This document shows, piece by piece, positions 58,449-64,000 of a DNA stretch of 64,000 bases. Origin of the DNA: an uncultured Candidatus Binatia bacterium. GTDB lineage: Bacteria > Desulfobacterota > Binatia > UBA9968 > JAJDTQ01. The notes beneath the pieces are model-generated. The model was not told the DNA's origin. It saw only the letters and a list, made by a program, of their open reading frames with translations, and ran no database searches. The position numbers and the translations under genes were made by a program. The number at the start of each line of letters is the position of its first letter. Within the stretch, counting starts at the first letter, position 1. Location: NCBI GenBank assembly GCA_965242525.1, contig OZ251459.1:1984001-2048000 (forward strand), read 5' to 3'.

Positions 58449-58590
58449 GCACCCTCGAAGGCACGGCGGAAAAGCGCGCTTGTCCTTCGACTTGGCCGAA
58501 GGCGCCGTGCTCGTACTTAGGCTGCCTTCCTTCACCTTGAGTTTCGCTTTGCAGAGGAACCCCTGAGCATCGGGGGAACCGGCCATCCCC

Positions 58591-59088
58591 ATGTCCTCAT
58601 CCGCCAACTTGAAGCACGTCACCATCTACACGGACGGAGCCTGCCTCGGGAACCCGGGGCCGGGGGGCTACGGCGTCGTCCTCCTATACAACGGCAAACG
58701 GCGGGAGATCAGCCACGGCTACCGCAAGACCACCAACAACCGCATGGAGATCATGGCCGTCTTGGCGGGCCTCCGGTCCCTGAAGGAGCCGTGCCGGGTG
58801 ACCCTTTACAGCGACTCCCGGTACGTGGTGGACGCCATGTCCAAGGGATGGGCCAAGCGGTGGCGGGAACGGAACTGGAAGAGGAACGCCAGGGAGTCCG
58901 CCCGGAACCCCGACCTATGGGCCGAGTTGCTCGACCTGTCCGACCGGCACCGGGTGGACTACCGCTGGATCAAGGGACACGCGGGCGATCCGCTAAACGA
59001 GCGTTGCGACGATCTCGCAGTGGCCGCCGCCCATGACCCGGATAGGAGCGTCGATGCAGCCTACGAGAACCAAACGGGGATGTCCTGA
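58591..59088 (+). CDS. rnhA: Ribonuclease HI
   Basis: YTDGACLGNPGPGG, TTNNRME, SDSRYV, WIKGHAG, NERCD. Confidence 0.96.
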   Translation: MSSSANLKHVTIYTDGACLGNPGPGGYGVVLLYNGKRREISHGYRKTTNNRMEIMAVLAGLRSLKEPCRVTLYSDSRYVVDAMSKGWAKRWRERNWKRNARESARNPDLWAELLDLSDRHRVDYRWIKGHAGDPLNERCDDLAVAAAHDPDRSVDAAYENQTGMS

Positions 59089-59118
59089 TTCACGGGAAGG
59101 CGTCGACACGAATTTTCC

Positions 59119-59316
59119 GGCTCTTCCGGCTTTTGTGTGGGTAAGGTAGGAGGGGAAAGGTGCGACAGGGTTCAAGGACCGACCATGGAGGAAGCGATGC
59201 CAGACCGGGAGTTGTACGCGAGGCTACTGGGGATCGAAGCGCCGTGGCGAGTGGAGGGAGTGGAGTTGAGGCTGGAAGAGGGAAAGGTGGTGGTACAGGT
59301 TGGACACGGGAGGTAG
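59119..59316 (+). mobile_element. ISL3-family IS remnant (left end plus 39-codon transposase stub)
   Basis: GGCTCTTCCGGCTTTTGTGTGGGTAAG end; ORF 59197-59316 MPDRELYARLLGIEAPWRVEGVELRLEEGKVVVQVGH resembles ISL3 transposase N-termini. Confidence 0.75.
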
Positions 59317-59371
59317 GGAGTAAAGTTATCCAGAGTGTGACCACGAGGCATCAGTCGATATCTCCGCTATT

Positions 59372-61966
59372 TCATTCGCTCGATAGAAAGTCTACTACCA
59401 GGCGAGAGCGGAGCTTTGTATTCAAACTCGATGCGTCAAGCCCGCTTTGTCGAAACTTTGTCGCCGCGGTTGCACGCCACACTAAATCTTCGCCTGGAGC
59501 AATGAATGTTATTCGCAATTCACGAATAATGGCTATTGCTTTAGTCGCCCAATCCTGAAACTCATCCAGAGGCCATAAGGCTACCTTTTTGAGGTGTGGA
59601 GCTGCAGCCTTTTTGAATTTCTTTACCGGTGTGATCAAGACAGGAAGAATTTCAGCTTGGGCAGTAGCTTTGACATTTTCACGTATCCATTCCGGGTGCG
59701 TGGCCACCTGTCTCGCTTTTTTTATATCCAACGCCGAAGTTTCTTGTGCGCCTGCATGGTCCTCAAAAACAAAACATATACTGCCGGCAATCCACCATGG
59801 GTCCGGTGAGCCATCCTGTTCGACATTATCTGCCTCAAATCCGAGCATATCACCAAGCAGCTTATGGGCGTGCTCAAACGGTCCCTTCTCCTTCGAGTGC
59901 AAACCGTTCAAAATTTCTTTTTCATGTTTGGCAAATTTCCCGTCATGAAACATTCCGAGGTTGGCTAAAACTTTCTCGACTCGCTCTATTTGTTCCATGA
60001 GAATCGGGTTTTCTTCGGGCGATGAGCCATCTTCAGCTCTAGGTTGTGCTAATTGGACCAACCAACGAATACCAGGAGCGGCTTTCTTTGCTTCTGAAAA
60101 ATGTGCTTGGGCCTTCATGGTTAGACTTGGAATACCTGCATTGGCTCCAAGCGTTGCAGCACTTCCAGCAAGATAATGCCACAATGCTCGGTAGCCACGT
60201 AGTTCCGGATTGTTAAGCTTGCCCAATACATTGCCAGCAGAGGCAAGTGCGGCTTCATGGTCTCCTTGCCAGAGTCGTTTTTGGAACTCAACTTCGCCTG
60301 AAACTACAGACTCTAACTCATCTATAGCGGGAAAGCTTTCTTGAGTAGCACCGTTGCGAATGCGGAGTATTTCTTGATTAGCTTCCTCCCAATCTTCGCC
60401 ATTTTCTATGAAGATCTGGAAGTTCTCTACAAGGTTGTTCAAGGTTACCTCTTGTGATTGTTTTACACCGAAAGCAATCTCAGCTTGAAGTTCAGGATGG
60501 AAGTGCTTTCGACGCTTGTTATCGACAAGATAGCCGGTTAACTCCTCACCTGAAACTACAATAGCGGAGTAGTCTTCCAAGGATCTGGTGCAACGACCAA
60601 TCGCCTGGAAAATACGAGTTTGAATACGTTCGCTCAAGAGCAGGCTAGCCCCCATTCGAGTCATAATGAATCGCTCCTGCAAGTTGGTAGCCTTCGGCAA
60701 TCCATCAATGAATAAAAGTCGGCATTCCTGCCCTGGAAAATCAATACCGTCATACCTATTCGCTACAACAGTTACCGCTTGGGGTGCAGAGATAAACGGT
60801 TCCTTGGAAGTTTCTATGTCCTTGGCCTTAAAGATAGGGAAACGGAGATTGTCTTCAATATCCTTGACAATCTCCTCGCACATCTGTTCAGTTGGCACCA
60901 AAACGAGACTTCGTTCTCCATGACGCATGAGTTCTCGGCGTAACTCAGTAGTTTCTTCAGACCTCAGAGACATGTCGGGAAAAATGAAGAAACGGCGCCC
61001 AACACCTTGACGATCCCAACCTTCAGGGATAAAGAGACGCTGAATGCTTTTTCGGCCCATTTGACGTTCCAAATCACCACCAGTGCCAAGGGTTGCCGAC
61101 ATATAGATACGCTGACGAGGATCAGCGAACGGCCGATGCTCCCATGTTGGTGAGATAAGGGGGCGAATTAGAATATCCTGCGAGGAAAGATAAACATGAC
61201 AGGCGTAGATGTGGTCTCGAATCATCGACCATGTATACTTAAGATCATTTTGCTGGACATGTTGATCGAGAATTGCAGTCATATTTTCTGCAATTTGCAT
61301 GAAGTCAGGGGTGGAAATTTTCTCTACCCATGTAAGATCAGCAAGACTGTTTACTTGACCAGAAAGACGGGCAAAGTCAGTAGCTTGAAGCAGTGGTCTG
61401 ATAAGGTTCTGTAAGGCAATGTGGAGTGTCGTGTGTTCTGGCTTGTTCCGCTCTACCTGTAGCGACCAAAGTGGTGAGATATAGTTTTCAGCCACGTGAG
61501 CGTCATCAAGAATAAGTCCATCCGCATCATCGAAAAATGGATTAGTATTGAAAAGACTGCTATAGGTAGTAATCGCCATTGAGTCAGCATTGCGATAATG
61601 AGCTTTCGCTCTTTGATCGTACCCTTGAGCACTTCCTGTGAAGCCAAGAACTGTCAACCCATATTTCCCTCTGGCCTGTTCGACTACTTGATTCACCAAT
61701 TGTCGAGTGGGACAAAGATAGACAATGCGCTCTTGATATTTGCGTCGTCGCCATTCCCCAATGAGTAATCCCACCAGGGTTTTGCCGCTGCCCGTAGGAA
61801 GTTGCAATGCTACGTCCGGTGCATCCATGCTCTTTGACGCATAGATGCTCATAATATCTTTTTGGTGCGGCATGACGTCAGGGATCTTACGTCGTGACAG
61901 TAAACGAAAGAGTTCTTCAGGACTGTCCGGAGGGGCAGTAGGCGGGGAAAGTCTTCTGAATGCCAT
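59372..61966 (-). CDS. SF2 (DinG-like) helicase with putative C-terminal PD-(D/E)xK nuclease, Hna-like
   Basis: LPTGSGKT, LILDDAH, MSATLG, NRYDGIDFP, QAIGRCTR; C-terminal SPDPWW...FEDH; markedly lower GC. Confidence 0.75.
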   Translation of the reverse strand: MAFRRLSPPTAPPDSPEELFRLLSRRKIPDVMPHQKDIMSIYASKSMDAPDVALQLPTGSGKTLVGLLIGEWRRRKYQERIVYLCPTRQLVNQVVEQARGKYGLTVLGFTGSAQGYDQRAKAHYRNADSMAITTYSSLFNTNPFFDDADGLILDDAHVAENYISPLWSLQVERNKPEHTTLHIALQNLIRPLLQATDFARLSGQVNSLADLTWVEKISTPDFMQIAENMTAILDQHVQQNDLKYTWSMIRDHIYACHVYLSSQDILIRPLISPTWEHRPFADPRQRIYMSATLGTGGDLERQMGRKSIQRLFIPEGWDRQGVGRRFFIFPDMSLRSEETTELRRELMRHGERSLVLVPTEQMCEEIVKDIEDNLRFPIFKAKDIETSKEPFISAPQAVTVVANRYDGIDFPGQECRLLFIDGLPKATNLQERFIMTRMGASLLLSERIQTRIFQAIGRCTRSLEDYSAIVVSGEELTGYLVDNKRRKHFHPELQAEIAFGVKQSQEVTLNNLVENFQIFIENGEDWEEANQEILRIRNGATQESFPAIDELESVVSGEVEFQKRLWQGDHEAALASAGNVLGKLNNPELRGYRALWHYLAGSAATLGANAGIPSLTMKAQAHFSEAKKAAPGIRWLVQLAQPRAEDGSSPEENPILMEQIERVEKVLANLGMFHDGKFAKHEKEILNGLHSKEKGPFEHAHKLLGDMLGFEADNVEQDGSPDPWWIAGSICFVFEDHAGAQETSALDIKKARQVATHPEWIRENVKATAQAEILPVLITPVKKFKKAAAPHLKKVALWPLDEFQDWATKAIAIIRELRITFIAPGEDLVWRATAATKFRQSGLDASSLNTKLRSRLVVDFLSSE

Positions 61967-62076
61967 TGAACACCTTCCTTCTTAGTCGATCCCTATAGAT
62001 GGGACGTCAATGCTAGACTGGCGTGACGGGGCGGCGGACCGTAAGGCCGGCCGAGGCTAGCCGTACACCATTCTCA

Positions 62077-62366
62077 TTATGCTGCTGGCGAAAACCGTTC
62101 CACCCTGATGCCCTTCGCTTTCTTCATGGCGCAGGCCAGTTCGTAGGCGGCCTGAAGCCGATACCAGGTCTCCGCTCCACCGCCGAAGGCCTTGTCAAGA
62201 CGGATCGCCATCTCGGGCGAGATACCGGAACGGCAATTCACGATGTCCGAAAGCCGCTTGCGGCTGACGCCCAGCCTCCGAGCCGCCTCCGTCACGCTGA
62301 GCCCAAGGGTTCCAGGCAATCGTAGCGCACGGACAGTCCCGGATGGGGAGGATCCTTCATCGCCAT
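62077..62366 (-). pseudogene. higA: HigA antitoxin with a 1-bp frameshift
   Basis: ATG 62366 gives [24 protein letters not shown]; the HTH ([23 protein letters not shown]...ISPEMAIRL) continues in another frame from about 62305. Confidence 0.78.
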
Positions 62367-62378
62367 TTCTCCGTCCTC

Positions 62379-62657
62379 CTAATGATAGTCGATCAAGTCC
62401 ACGTCCCTGACATCCCGCCCCTCGAAACGAAAGACGACGCGCCAGTTGCCAGACACGGCGACGGCCCAATAGTCCGCAAGGTCCCCCCTCAACGGATGCA
62501 ACCGAAACCCTGGCAGGTTCATATCCCCAGGTTCTGCTGCTTCGTCGAGACGGGCCAGTACACGTTCGATCTTGGCCATCAACTCAGGCGACACCCGCCG
62601 TCGGTCTCCCTTCCTGAACAGACGTTCCAAGCCCTTGTGTCGAAAGCCGAGGATCAT
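62379..62657 (-). CDS. higB: HigB toxin (RelE/ParE superfamily)
   Basis: [14 protein letters not shown]...[11 protein letters not shown]...[11 protein letters not shown]...DYH; appears intact. Confidence 0.9.
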   Translation of the reverse strand: MILGFRHKGLERLFRKGDRRRVSPELMAKIERVLARLDEAAEPGDMNLPGFRLHPLRGDLADYWAVAVSGNWRVVFRFEGRDVRDVDLIDYH

Positions 62658-62658
62658 C

Positions 62659-62684
62659 TGTAACCTGTCACCGAACAGTTTACA
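62659..62684. promoter_or_regulatory. Probable HigA operator
   Basis: Imperfect inverted repeat TGTAACCTGT-N6-ACAGTTTACA immediately upstream of the higB ATG. Confidence 0.55.
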
Positions 62685-63032
62685 ACTCGACAGGAAAGCA
62701 GTCGTTCCGCGTGATGTTCCGGTTGATGGTCGCAGCCCGACTCGGGCTGCCCGTCGGGGTGATTCCCTGTCCGGTCGGCTGACCGCCAAGGAATCGAATG
62801 GATTAGGCTGAGTTACCCTGATCGCTCACCCAAGGGTCTCAACGGATTGAGACCCCTGCTGAACCGTGCCTACCATGCGGCGTGTTCGATGGCAAGGCGC
62901 CGCCGGCGCGCTGGCTTGCACGACTGCGAGGCTGCATGGTCGAGGCGGCCACTGCCGAACTCACGGCCGGTCGGAAGGCTCGGACCCTCGTCGCCCCTAT
63001 GAATAATCCCGCCCCCTGCTACATTGGGGTGC

Positions 63033-64000
63033 ATGAAAGTCGGCATCACGGGGTTTCCCCGGGCGGGGAAGACCACCCTCTACAACGCCCTTACGGGGCT
63101 CAGCGCCGAGGTGGGGGGCTTCCATAGCGGGCGCGAGCCGGCCATGGCCGTGGTCAAGGTGCCGGACCCGCGGGTGGACGCGCTGAGCGAGATCGTCCAT
63201 CCCAGGGAGAAGAAGTACGCGGAGATCGACTTCCTGGACTTCCCGCCGTCACAGGAACGGAAGGCCGCCCTGGAAACCCGGTCGCTGGCGCAGATGCGCG
63301 AGGTGGACGCCCTGGCCCAGGTGGTCACGGCCTTTGCCGACCCCATGGCCGACGAGCCCCCGGCGCCCCTGCGGGACCTCAAGGCGTTCCAGGCCGAGTT
63401 GATCTTGGCCGACCTCGCGGTGGTCGAGAAGCGGTTGGAGCGGATCCGCAAGGAGACCGGCAAGGACCACAAGCGGGAGTCGGACCTGCTGGCGCGCTGT
63501 CAACGGACCCTGGAGGACGAACGCCCCCTGCGGAACCTGGAGTTCCTGCCGGAGGAAGAGGGGCTGCTCTCGGGCTTCGCGTTCCTGAGCGCCAAGCCCC
63601 TGCTGGTGGTCCACAACGCCGACGAGACCGCGCTGCAGGAGCCGGTCCCCGAAGACGTCCGGGAATACGCCCGGACGGAGGACCTGACTGTAGTCCCCGT
63701 CTGCGGCAAGCTGGAGATGGAGGTCGCGCAACTGGACCCCGAGGAGCGCGCCGAGTTCCTTTCGGAGCTCGGGCTTGCCGAGACCGCGCGCGACCGCTTC
63801 ATCCGCCAAGCCTATGAACACCTGCGGCTCATGAGCTTCTTCACCGCAGGCCCCACCGAGGTCCGCGCCTGGACCATCCCCCGCGGCACCGCCGCGGTAA
63901 AGGCCGCGGGCAAGATCCACTCGGACATCGAACGCGGCTTCATCCGCGCCGAGGTCATTTCCTACGGGGACTACGTGGAGCACCGGGGAGAGGCCGGCTG
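63033..64000 (+). CDS. ychF: Obg-like ATPase YchF (runs off window end)
   Basis: MKVGITGFPRAGKTTLYNALTG, VKVPDPRVD, FLSAKP, FFTAGPTEVRAWTI, AAGKIHSDIERGFIRAEV. Confidence 0.93.
   Translation, partial: MKVGITGFPRAGKTTLYNALTGLSAEVGGFHSGREPAMAVVKVPDPRVDALSEIVHPREKKYAEIDFLDFPPSQERKAALETRSLAQMREVDALAQVVTAFADPMADEPPAPLRDLKAFQAELILADLAVVEKRLERIRKETGKDHKRESDLLARCQRTLEDERPLRNLEFLPEEEGLLSGFAFLSAKPLLVVHNADETALQEPVPEDVREYARTEDLTVVPVCGKLEMEVAQLDPEERAEFLSELGLAETARDRFIRQAYEHLRLMSFFTAGPTEVRAWTIPRGTAAVKAAGKIHSDIERGFIRAEVISYGDYVEHRGEAG

Noticed and set aside
62834-62855. Hairpin GGGTCTCAA-CGGA-TTGAGACCC between higB and ychF
   Set aside because: Single copy with no U-tract and no associated transposase; cannot be assigned as a terminator or IS end.

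Overview
GC-rich bacterial chromosome segment; gene content resembles Deltaproteobacteria/Binatota, and the taurine ABC transporter and long helical-repeat protein hint at a marine host-associated lifestyle (inference). Housekeeping blocks (tolQRAB, pgk-tpiA-secG-tRNA-Leu, yggS/yggT, slt, cinA, RND pump, rnhA, ychF) alternate with accessory DNA. Highlights: (1) a lysW-lysX-lysY-[EgtC-like Ntn hydrolase]-lysZ-lysJ operon with no lysK, suggesting a new gamma-glutamyl amidohydrolase releases product from the LysW carrier; (2) selenoneine-type senA and senB genes preceded by a cytoplasmic GH84 O-GlcNAcase, with egtD elsewhere coupled to an HdrD/GlpC-like Fe-S protein; (3) a defence island with a Type IIG/ISP-like R-M enzyme, an unknown low-GC HTH/PLD-like two-gene operon with a clear promoter/operator, and a MAD3/MAD4-like pair; (4) elsewhere a second ATPase-TOPRIM pair, an Hna-like helicase and two half-broken toxin-antitoxin loci; (5) many REP-like palindromes, several inside IS5-like and ISL3-like MITEs with visible target-site duplications. 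All calls are from reading motifs by eye; no database searches were run.
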